This document shows positions 56,268 through 64,000 of a stretch of DNA of 64,000 nucleotides, in pieces. Made by a program: the position numbers and the translations under genes. The stretch is taken from assembly GCA_020057115.1 (NCBI GenBank), contig JAGVGJ010000010.1, positions 615 to 64,614 of the forward strand, given 5' to 3'. This DNA comes from Candidatus Omnitrophota bacterium. Lineage in GTDB: Bacteria; Omnitrophota; Gorgyraeia; 2-01-FULL-45-10. The notes under the pieces were generated by a model. That model did not search any database. It was not told the origin of the DNA and saw only the letters and a program-made list of their open reading frames with translations. The number at the start of each line of letters is the position of its first letter. Position 1 is the first letter of the stretch.

Positions 56268-58741
56268 ATGAAAAAACTAACCATAGCGTTAATGATCCTC
56301 GCGGCGATCGGCATATTTGGATGCCTGTCGACCGCCTATGCCGAAAATAACACATGGGATGGTTCTGAATCTAATCTATGGAGTGCCCAGGCAACTGGAG
56401 CCTGGGTCATGATCCTAACCATGCCGGCTATGGCGGTGAAGTTGCCAGCCTAACATCATCTTATTCAGATCCGGTCCTTAACATGACTACCCCCGCACTC
56501 TCCGGCCTTACTATAGATTCAACGAACCTTACGGCGTCGGCAAGCGGTTTTACGCTCAACGTAGGAAGCGCCTCTTCATCCGCCAATATGATACTTAATA
56601 ACACGGCAGACACGCAAATGAATATTGGCAGTTCGGACTCTAGTTACAACTTTACCACGAAGGTATATGGCAACCTTACCGCAAATGATGACAAGATCAC
56701 CGTGTACAGCACTATAGACTTGATCACAGCTCCAAATAGTATTGAATTCAGGAACCCCGGCGGAGCGATATTTAAAAATGTAATTATGGAATTTAATGGC
56801 GGCAATACTAGTCGCATCGTTACCATGTATAACAATACCACGATAGATGGGAATCTGACCCTGCGGAATAATTTCTCAGGGAACGGAGGCATTAGTCTTA
56901 TGGGCTACGGCTCCCCGATCGTGGCAGTTATCGGTAATTTCGACATGCCATATTCAAGCGCCAACGCTGGTTTTAACAGATTCGGAGACGGCGGGCATAA
57001 TTTAAATTTTAGGTTAGGCGGTAACCTAACCGTGGGGGAGTATTATTCCGCAGCCCCTACCACCGAGATACTATTAGATGATATCACTTTCAATGGGACT
57101 GGCAACCAGGCGGTGAATATTACGCCAAACAATAGCATCGTCGGCACAAACCAGAAATCCGTATTCATCGTTAATAAAGATAGCGGCGCTGTGGCTTATG
57201 AGACAGGCAGCTATGCTCAAAAATATCTGCCCTGGTATATTAATAAAGGAGAGCTGGCCGGCACTATTGCGTCCGGCACTATAACGTCCGGAGCTATAAC
57301 TGCATATAATCATTTTGCCGCAACAACAGACGCGGTATTTAGCGGATCGTTATCGTCCAATCCGTCAACCGTAACATTAGATCCTATTTACTCAAATATA
57401 GAAGTTGATAATCCGAGCTCTACGGGGTTCACAAGGGTCGCATCGTTGCTTGGAGCAGATTATAAAGCCCCGGGCGGTGAGCATTTTAATGATCTTACGC
57501 TAATCACAGGGGCTGTTGGTTCCGGAGCTGGAGTTGGTCATGTCGCTTTTTACGGAAACGCAAGCACTAGCGATATCGATCTTTACGTAGACGGAACATT
57601 TAAGGTAGACAGGCCTGCCGGAGCCACGAATACCCTGTATGTCGATGGGTCAGCTAATAAACCGACGCTTCAGGTCTATGACGCCGTTTTTACAGGCACA
57701 AGCGGGACTTTTTCTGTAGGATCTGCATATGGCATGGACATAAATATAAGTAATGATTTTACGTTGAGTTATGCCAATGGTTCTATTAACAACACCACTT
57801 TAAAGTTTAACGGCGCTGACGAACAATTGTTTACATATACGGCGGGCACTATTCACGCTACTTCCTCGTTGGTGGTAGACAAACCGTCAGGCACGCTTAA
57901 ATTTATGAGTGATAATAAGACGAGCAATGCCTCGCTCACGGTTTCAAGCGGCACACTCGATCCTAACGGTAATACATTTACCGTCTATCAAAAAAATATC
58001 TCTATAGGAGCTGACGGCGTGATCCAGGGTAAAGGTACTATCGGTATTACGCAAGATGTTCCAAAGTCTTATACCTTCACCAATAACGGCAAGGTCATAG
58101 CCGATGGCGGCGGGGCTGACAGCACGCTAACCATCAACACTACGGGCGCGATCAAAAACACTTTTGATAATACCGGAGATTCCGGATGGTATGCTTTGAA
58201 TAAGGGCATGCTCGCGCTGCCCGGCCAGAGCATTACTACCGGATCGAATAAGACCGTCTATTGGGGTGAAGAGGCTGATGCCGATGCATTGCCTGATATG
58301 GTCAATAGCGCCAAGCTTACCTTTAACAATGTAAGTTCGGTAGGTACTTTCAGCATCAACCTTATGGCTTCGGATAGAAGCGATATCGAGGTCTCTCTGG
58401 ATAATCAAGCCTATGCGAGTTATTGGGATGTCAATTTTACCGGCGCCTTCAATTATGTTGACATGATATTTAAATATGACGATTCTATGGTTCAATCCCT
58501 TGGTATTGAGGAATCGACGCTGAAGTTCTACCACTTTACCGGTGGGGAATGGGTCGATGTCACCACACAGCTTGATACCGAAAATAATCTCCTCTATGCG
58601 TCTAATGTTACTTCGTTCAGCGATTTCAGCGCGCAAGGTAACATTACAGCCAATGTCCCCGAGCCCGCAACGATGGTGAGCTTATTGAGCGGACTGGCGA
58701 TGATAGGTTTCAGGAGAGTGCATAGATCAGGTAAGAAATAA
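56268..58741 (+). pseudogene. PEP-CTERM surface protein with a 1-nt frameshift at ~56385-56388 (real or sequencing error)
   Basis: Signal peptide MKKLTIAL...AYA-ENNTWDGSESNLWS in one frame continues as PGNWSLG in the 56378 frame; C-terminus VPEPATMVSLLSGLAMIGFRR. Confidence 0.78.
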
Positions 58742-58801
58742 TAGCGTTCTTTATAAAAAGTGATAAAAAATAATTAACGAGAGCTAAAAAACGAGGCGGT
58801 T

Positions 58802-60445
58802 ATGAAAGCAAAATTGATGACGAGATGTTTGATCCTTACGATTGCAATAATCGCGTCTTTCGCGTTTACTACCGGTGCTCATGCGACCGATTTCACTGGG
58901 AATAATTCCAATGTCTCGAATATAAGCGAGGGCAACTTTTATGATACCAGCACTAATCTCTATCCAAACGGTAGAGTGACTACGGGTAATTTCTACAATT
59001 CGAGCAAGAATTACGGCACTGTCACGACCGGCATCTTCAACAATACCAGCTATAATTTAGCGACCGCCTCATTTAGGGGTACCGTTGGTACTGCCACATT
59101 TAATGGCGGAGCTAGTATAGCCCTTTCCAGTTACAACTTAGGCGACGTCACCAATGGCACATTCAATGCGTACAGCCGCAATACGGCGAACGGTGCTATC
59201 AGAGGTAATGTGGGCACCGGCATATTCAATGATAATAGCTACAACGCAGCCGACGTCACGAACGGCACATTCAATGAGGATAGCAGGAATTCCGGTATCG
59301 TTACCACGGGCACATTCACCGGCTATAGTTATAATGCTAGCAGCGGTACCGTAGGTACCGCCACGTTCCATGATTGTAGCGCGAACGAAGGCACCGTTAC
59401 CGGTACTGCGAAATACATGTACGCGGATGGAGGCCTTATTACTATAGGTAATGGCATGTACTGGGGCAGCGGATCGGCAGGATCTAATGTTGATCAGGAT
59501 GATAGCGCTATTACACAGTGGGTATTCACCGGGGATGATCCTTATGCGGCGGGCTACAATGACGGCGATCTCGAAGGGGCCACATTCAATGGTTATAGCT
59601 ACCACAACATGGGCGTTGTAACTACTGCAACATTCAATGACGATAGTTATAACTGGAATGAAGTCGTAAATGCCACATTCAATGATAACAGCTTCAATGC
59701 TTATGACGAATGGGGTATCGTCACCAATGCCACATTCAATGACAATAGCTACAACGCAGTCGGCGGCGAGATTGAGAATGCCACATTCACCGGTACAAAT
59801 GTCAATGACGGCGCCATCACCGGCACCACGACGATATCGGCCGGCGCGACGCTTAGCGGTACCGGCACGCTCGGCACCTTGATACAAGGATCAGGTACGA
59901 TCTCCAGCATGGATGTTGTTATAGGAGACGGCGTTATGATGTCTCCGGGCTCTAGCCCCGGCATCTTAACAATAAGCGATGGCACGCTTACTTGGGAAGG
60001 TGGCGGAACAGTGGTGTTCCAGATATATGACACCTCATTAGAGGCCGGAACAGGATGGGACCTGATAAGATTGACAAATGGGGCTTTGCTTGATATTACA
60101 GCTACTTCAGATGATAAGTTCAACATAATATTTGAAGGTCTGTCAGGATTACCTGATACATTGGGGCAGCCATTGAACTTTAACCCCGCGCAGAACTACA
60201 GCTGGCTATTTGTAGATAGCTCTGATGGTTTAATATCAGGATTTAACTTAAATAAATTCAATATTACGTATAGAGGATTTACGGATCTGGCAGGTGGTGG
60301 TTTTACATTGGAAGAGGGGAGTATTAGGACCAAGTTCGAAATAGGGGCAAGCCCGGTCCCCGAACCGGCGACGATGGTGAGCATATTGAGCGGACTGGCG
60401 ATGATGGGTTTCAGGAGAGTGCGTAGATTGGGGAAGAAGAGATAA
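58802..60445 (+). CDS. PEP-CTERM protein with ATFNDNSYN beta-helix-like repeats
   Basis: Signal peptide; many ~16-20-aa [AG]TFNxxSYNxGxV repeats; SPGSSPGILT; VPEPATMVSILSGLAMMGFRR. Confidence 0.9.
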   Translation: MKAKLMTRCLILTIAIIASFAFTTGAHATDFTGNNSNVSNISEGNFYDTSTNLYPNGRVTTGNFYNSSKNYGTVTTGIFNNTSYNLATASFRGTVGTATFNGGASIALSSYNLGDVTNGTFNAYSRNTANGAIRGNVGTGIFNDNSYNAADVTNGTFNEDSRNSGIVTTGTFTGYSYNASSGTVGTATFHDCSANEGTVTGTAKYMYADGGLITIGNGMYWGSGSAGSNVDQDDSAITQWVFTGDDPYAAGYNDGDLEGATFNGYSYHNMGVVTTATFNDDSYNWNEVVNATFNDNSFNAYDEWGIVTNATFNDNSYNAVGGEIENATFTGTNVNDGAITGTTTISAGATLSGTGTLGTLIQGSGTISSMDVVIGDGVMMSPGSSPGILTISDGTLTWEGGGTVVFQIYDTSLEAGTGWDLIRLTNGALLDITATSDDKFNIIFEGLSGLPDTLGQPLNFNPAQNYSWLFVDSSDGLISGFNLNKFNITYRGFTDLAGGGFTLEEGSIRTKFEIGASPVPEPATMVSILSGLAMMGFRRVRRLGKKR

Positions 60446-60480
60446 TATTTGTAAAATGCACAAAAGCAAGATTTTACCTC

Positions 60481-60508
60481 TTGCATAATTTTTTCTTCAG
60501 GGTATACT
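60481..60508 (+). promoter_or_regulatory. Promoter for the second GEMM-like RNA
   Basis: TTGCAT-N16-TATACT. Confidence 0.5.
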
Positions 60509-60549
60509 TAAAATTAGGAAGAGAGAAAAACTGAAATCGTTCTTTATGA

Positions 60550-60790
60550 AGTACTTGGCTACCCATCCGAAAGGGTGTCCGCCTAAAACGGCGGAGCGGC
60601 TAATGCAAGCGAAGATGCCGTGGACATCCCGACGAAGAAATAGTAGACGGGATGGCGAAGGCGCGAGATAGCGCAGATTCGTCGCAAAGCTATAGGGCCT
60701 AATACCGCAGGATATCCGAACCTAAGGACAAGATATCCGCCAACGGTGATGGCAGCCAGTTGCCGTTCGCGTTAACGTATAACGCGAACA
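60550..60790 (+). promoter_or_regulatory. Expanded c-di-GMP-I (GEMM)-like RNA with four inserted hairpins and an extended distal stem
   Basis: GGC..CATCC-GAAA-GGGTG, GGA...CGCAAAGC TATAGGGCCTAA...ATGGCAGCCAGTTGCCG. Confidence 0.72.
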
Positions 60791-60802
60791 CGGGATTACT
60801 CC

Positions 60803-60840
60803 AAGCCCGCTTATGAAAACATAGGCGGGCTTTTTATTTT
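60803..60840 (+). terminator. Rho-independent terminator
   Basis: AAGCCCGCTTATG-AAAA-CATAGGCGGGCTT followed by TTTATTTT. Confidence 0.88.
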
Positions 60841-60887
60841 AAAATAGTTTGCAACAATTTGGGGGTTTTGAGCGTCTTATATAGTAG

Positions 60888-60920
60888 GGGGTCCAGGGGC
60901 CAGGGTCAAGGGTCCAGGGT
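60888..60920 (+). repeat. Heptamer array, left flank of the four-helix-bundle gene
   Basis: GGGGTCC AGGGGCC AGGGTCA AGGGTCC AGGGT. Confidence 0.85.
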
Positions 60921-60956
60921 GAATAATCCGGAATAAAACAAAAAGAAGGGGTAGAA

Positions 60957-61334
60957 ATGAGCGAAGGCTTTAAAAATTTAATAGTATGGCATAAAGCATA
61001 CGAATTAACGTTGGAAATATACAAAATGACTGCAAGATATCCAAAGCACGAACAATATGGATTGGTTTCGCAGATCAGAAGAGCGGCTATATCGGTTAAT
61101 GGCAATATCGCTGAAGGATATGAGAGGCGCCACAGAAGAGAATATATCCAATTTTTGAATATGGCGAAAGGATCCCTGGGAGAGGTGGAAGCCTATCTCT
61201 TGTTTTCGCAAGACCTAGGATATATAAGCATGGAACTCTACCGCGATGTGGACCTAAAACGAAAGGAGGTGGGTAAATTGTTAACAGGACTCCTGCGTTC
61301 ATTATGTTCTGGACCCCGGACCCTGGCCCCTTGA
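60957..61334 (+). CDS. Four helix bundle protein (TIGR02436 / 23S_rRNA_IVP family)
   Basis: FKNLIVWHKA, P..EQYGL.SQIRRAA.SV..NIAEG, FL..AKGSL.E. Confidence 0.93.
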   Translation: MSEGFKNLIVWHKAYELTLEIYKMTARYPKHEQYGLVSQIRRAAISVNGNIAEGYERRHRREYIQFLNMAKGSLGEVEAYLLFSQDLGYISMELYRDVDLKRKEVGKLLTGLLRSLCSGPRTLAP

Positions 61335-61338
61335 CCCT
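61309..61338 (-). repeat. Inverted heptamer array, right flank of the four-helix-bundle gene
   Basis: Reverse complement reads AGGGTCA AGGGGCC AGGGTCC GGGGTCC AG; supplies the gene's last codons and stop. Confidence 0.85.
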
Positions 61339-61447
61339 TCGTGAATTTGACTTTACAACAAGGAGGTGATAAATGTATAATATTTTACTCAAGTAGCATA
61401 ATTATGATATAAAATATAATGTAATATAACCTATAAGGAGAAGCTAA

Positions 61448-62524
61448 ATGTCGTTTAAAACAAAAACCGTTGATAAGGAAGATGTTAAGAAGAGAGAAGT
61501 GACGGAGAAGAAAGACCTTTCTATAGAACAGAAGGTGAAGGCCCTTGATCTGGCCGTAGAACATATCGAGAAGCAATTCGGAAAGGGCGCCATAATGAAG
61601 CTCGGGCAGGATTTTAAGGTAGACATACCGGCCATATCTACCGGGTCTGTCACGATAGACCTGGCTTTGGGCGTAGGCGGAGTGCCGCGCGGCAGGGTCG
61701 TAGAGATATTCGGGCCGGAATCGAGCGGAAAGACGACGCTAACCTTGAGCATAATTGCGCAGGCGCAGAAGCTGGGCGGCCAGGCGGCATTTATTGACGC
61801 TGAGCACGCATTTGACGCCGCGTATGCCAAGAAGATCGGAGTCAATCTCGACAATCTCCTCATGTCCCAGCCTGATACCGGCGAACAGGCGCTTGACATA
61901 GCCGAGACGCTCGTAAAATCCAGCGCCATCGACGTTCTCGTAATAGACTCTGTCGCGGCTCTGACGCCGAAGGCGGAGATAGATGGGGAGATCGGCGCTT
62001 CGCATGTGGGTTTACAGGCGCGTCTCATGAGCCACGCCCTAAGAAAACTCTCCGGTTCCATATCAAAATCGAAGACATGCGTCATATTCATCAACCAGAT
62101 AAGGGAGAAGATAGGCGTCATGTTCGGGAACCCTGAAACGACTCCGGGTGGAAGGGCGCTAAAGTTCTACGCCTCCGTCAGGATAGACCTAAGGCGCATC
62201 GCGTCGCTCAAGAAGGGCGAAGAGGCTGTCGGCAACCGCGTCCGCGCATCGATAGTGAAAAATAAAGTAGCGCCGCCGTTCAGGAAAGCCGAGTTCGACA
62301 TAATGTTCGACGAAGGCATTTCCAGGGCGGGAAGCATTCTTGATATGGCGGAAACTCTCGCTATTATCTCAAAGAGCGGCACATGGCTCACTTACGGCGA
62401 AGATAAGCTCGGCCAGGGCAAGGAGAATGCAAGGGTGTATCTGAAAGAGAACCCGAAGATCCTTGAAAAACTGGAAAAAGAGATAAGGAATAAGGGCGAT
62501 GTCGCAGTATCCGTTAAAGAATAA
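61448..62524 (+). CDS. recA: Recombinase RecA
   Basis: [47 protein letters not shown]. Confidence 0.99.
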   Translation: MSFKTKTVDKEDVKKREVTEKKDLSIEQKVKALDLAVEHIEKQFGKGAIMKLGQDFKVDIPAISTGSVTIDLALGVGGVPRGRVVEIFGPESSGKTTLTLSIIAQAQKLGGQAAFIDAEHAFDAAYAKKIGVNLDNLLMSQPDTGEQALDIAETLVKSSAIDVLVIDSVAALTPKAEIDGEIGASHVGLQARLMSHALRKLSGSISKSKTCVIFINQIREKIGVMFGNPETTPGGRALKFYASVRIDLRRIASLKKGEEAVGNRVRASIVKNKVAPPFRKAEFDIMFDEGISRAGSILDMAETLAIISKSGTWLTYGEDKLGQGKENARVYLKENPKILEKLEKEIRNKGDVAVSVKE

Positions 62525-63920
62525 GGTCATAGCGGTATCTCTGGCTGCACTGACTCTGTGCCTCGCGCCTAGTGCGTGGGGCGCAGATGTCAGGGCGCTG
62601 GAGAATGACTTCACTAAGGTAGCCGAGACCGTTGGGCCTGCAGTCGTCACTGTCGCGATGGAGAGGACAGGCAAGGTAAAGATATTCGGGCCTGACCAGA
62701 TATTCAGGAACTATTTCGGGCAATTGCCGGAAAGGGAGGTCAAACAGCAGGGGCTCGGAAGCGGCGTCATATTCGACAAGCGCGGATATATCCTTACGAA
62801 TCAGCATGTCATAGAAGGCGCAAGCTCCATAGCCGTGATACTTCCTGACGGCAGGGCATTTCCTGCAAAATTGCTTGGAGAGGACAGGAGACGGGATATC
62901 GCGGTCCTTAAGATAGAAGGCGAAAATATCCCCGTAGCGGAGCTGGGCAGTTCGGATAAACTGAAACCCGGACAATGGGCTATAGCTATCGGTAATCCAT
63001 TCGGCCATATAGTCAAGAGCCCCCAGCCGACCGTTACGGTCGGCGTGATAAGCGCGCTCCACCGCTCGCTTCCTGTTGCGAACCAAGCCTCAGACAGGAT
63101 CTATGTCAACCTCATCCAGACGGATGCGGCGATAAATATCGGTAATTCAGGCGGGCCGCTGTGCGATCTAAACGGTAAGGTCATAGGGATAAATGTCGCG
63201 ATGCTTGGACAGTCAGGCGGAAACGTCGATATAGGATTTGCAATACCGATAGATACGGTGAAGTCTGTCCTGGATGATCTTATTAGCGGAAAGAAGATAG
63301 CTTATGGCTGGATCGGCATCGGAGCGCAGGATATCACCCCTGAAATGGCGAAGTATTTCGGCCTCGACTCCACGACAGGAGCATTGGTAGCTGCCATCGA
63401 TAATAACGGACCAGGGGCTAAAGCCGGGCTTAAGGCAGGGGATGTCGTTCTGAAATTTAACGGCGAGGCTGTGAACGGCAGCCAGTCGCTGATAGACAAG
63501 ATCAATAATTCAAAGGTAGGGGGCGCGGCCACCCTTGATATCATGAGGGATAAAAAACCTTCTGTTATCCGGGTCATAGTGGGCTTAAGGCCTGACAACC
63601 GCCCGATCGCTCCAGAGACTGAAAAGGCCCCATTAGGCAGAGAGTCTAAAGCAGAGTGGAGGGGCATGAGGGTCTCTTCCGTAACCGATGAACTTGCTAA
63701 GAAGCTTAATATCTCGGACAGGCGCGGGGTAGTGATAACAGACATGGCTTCCGAAGGCGCGGCATATGCTGCGGGCTTGAGGCCGGGCGATGTCATAAGA
63801 GAGATAAACAGGCGCGGGATAATCGGCGTGAATGATTTTGCGGTTGTCGCAAGGGCGGTAAAGGGGAATGCCCTTGTGAGGACGGACAAAGGTTATTATA
63901 TCGTAGGAGAAGGTAATTAG
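62499..63920 (+). CDS. HtrA/DegP-family serine protease with two PDZ domains
   Basis: Signal peptide, [28 protein letters not shown], two PDZ domains. Confidence 0.93.
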   Translation: MSQYPLKNKVIAVSLAALTLCLAPSAWGADVRALENDFTKVAETVGPAVVTVAMERTGKVKIFGPDQIFRNYFGQLPEREVKQQGLGSGVIFDKRGYILTNQHVIEGASSIAVILPDGRAFPAKLLGEDRRRDIAVLKIEGENIPVAELGSSDKLKPGQWAIAIGNPFGHIVKSPQPTVTVGVISALHRSLPVANQASDRIYVNLIQTDAAINIGNSGGPLCDLNGKVIGINVAMLGQSGGNVDIGFAIPIDTVKSVLDDLISGKKIAYGWIGIGAQDITPEMAKYFGLDSTTGALVAAIDNNGPGAKAGLKAGDVVLKFNGEAVNGSQSLIDKINNSKVGGAATLDIMRDKKPSVIRVIVGLRPDNRPIAPETEKAPLGRESKAEWRGMRVSSVTDELAKKLNISDRRGVVITDMASEGAAYAAGLRPGDVIREINRRGIIGVNDFAVVARAVKGNALVRTDKGYYIVGEGN

Positions 63921-63921
63921 T

Positions 63922-64000
63922 TTGGAGACCGACAAGAAGAAGCAGAAGGCGCGTAACAATGCTTATTGCCTGATCCGTTCAAGACCGCGGAGCGAGCGCG
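63922..64000 (+). CDS. recX: Probable RecX, 5' fragment
   Basis: TTG start, METDKKKQKARNNAYCLIRSRPRSER resembles the RecX N-terminus; two genes after recA; truncated by window edge. Confidence 0.6.
   Translation, partial: METDKKKQKARNNAYCLIRSRPRSER

Noticed and set aside
58950-59830. DNA-level repeats such as GCCACATTCAATGA
   Set aside because: Explained by the ATFNDNSYN protein repeats of the PEP-CTERM gene
60957-61334. Diversity-generating retroelement (Avd-like gene)
   Set aside because: No reverse transcriptase in the window; the PEP-CTERM tail repeats differ at non-adenine positions and both are coding, so they are not a TR/VR pair
61360-61396. AAGGAGGTGA followed by 7-codon ORF MYNILLK upstream of recA
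   Set aside because: It overlaps likely promoter boxes (TTGACT/TTTACA..TATAAT), so it may lie upstream of the transcript start; no further support

Overview
Bacterial chromosomal segment, almost all on the + strand. The giant multidomain gene, paired TIGR04073-like genes and PEP-CTERM proteins suggest Candidatus Omnitrophota or a relative, but this is inference only. The backbone is housekeeping: tatD-radical SAM fusion, nusB, ribD/ribE, tRNA-Pro(CGG), ligA, xerD, a CBS-containing tRNA nucleotidyltransferase, rbfA-nrnA, truB-ribF-rpsO-pnp, dut, uppP, ftsK-rodZ-rimO-pgsA-pgpA, an inverted cinA-thpR pair, and recA-htrA-recX. Main accessory signals: (1) two inverted ~132-nt non-coding elements at 8941-9272 with the same branched fold, conserved junctions and loops, but largely different stem sequences; (2) two c-di-GMP-I (GEMM)-like RNAs at ~56.0 and ~60.55 kb whose cores are interrupted by pairs of extra hairpins, each with a promoter, a BoxA-like motif and a terminator, bracketing two PEP-CTERM genes (the first frameshifted); (3) a 4964-aa protein with PAS-GGDEF, repeated [novel module + His-kinase + cytidylate-kinase-like] units, zincin-like repeats and a C-terminal domain resembling that of the partial large ORF at the window start; (4) a four-helix-bundle gene flanked by inverted heptamer arrays, with near-identical solo arrays elsewhere. 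All calls come from reading motifs by eye; no database search was run.
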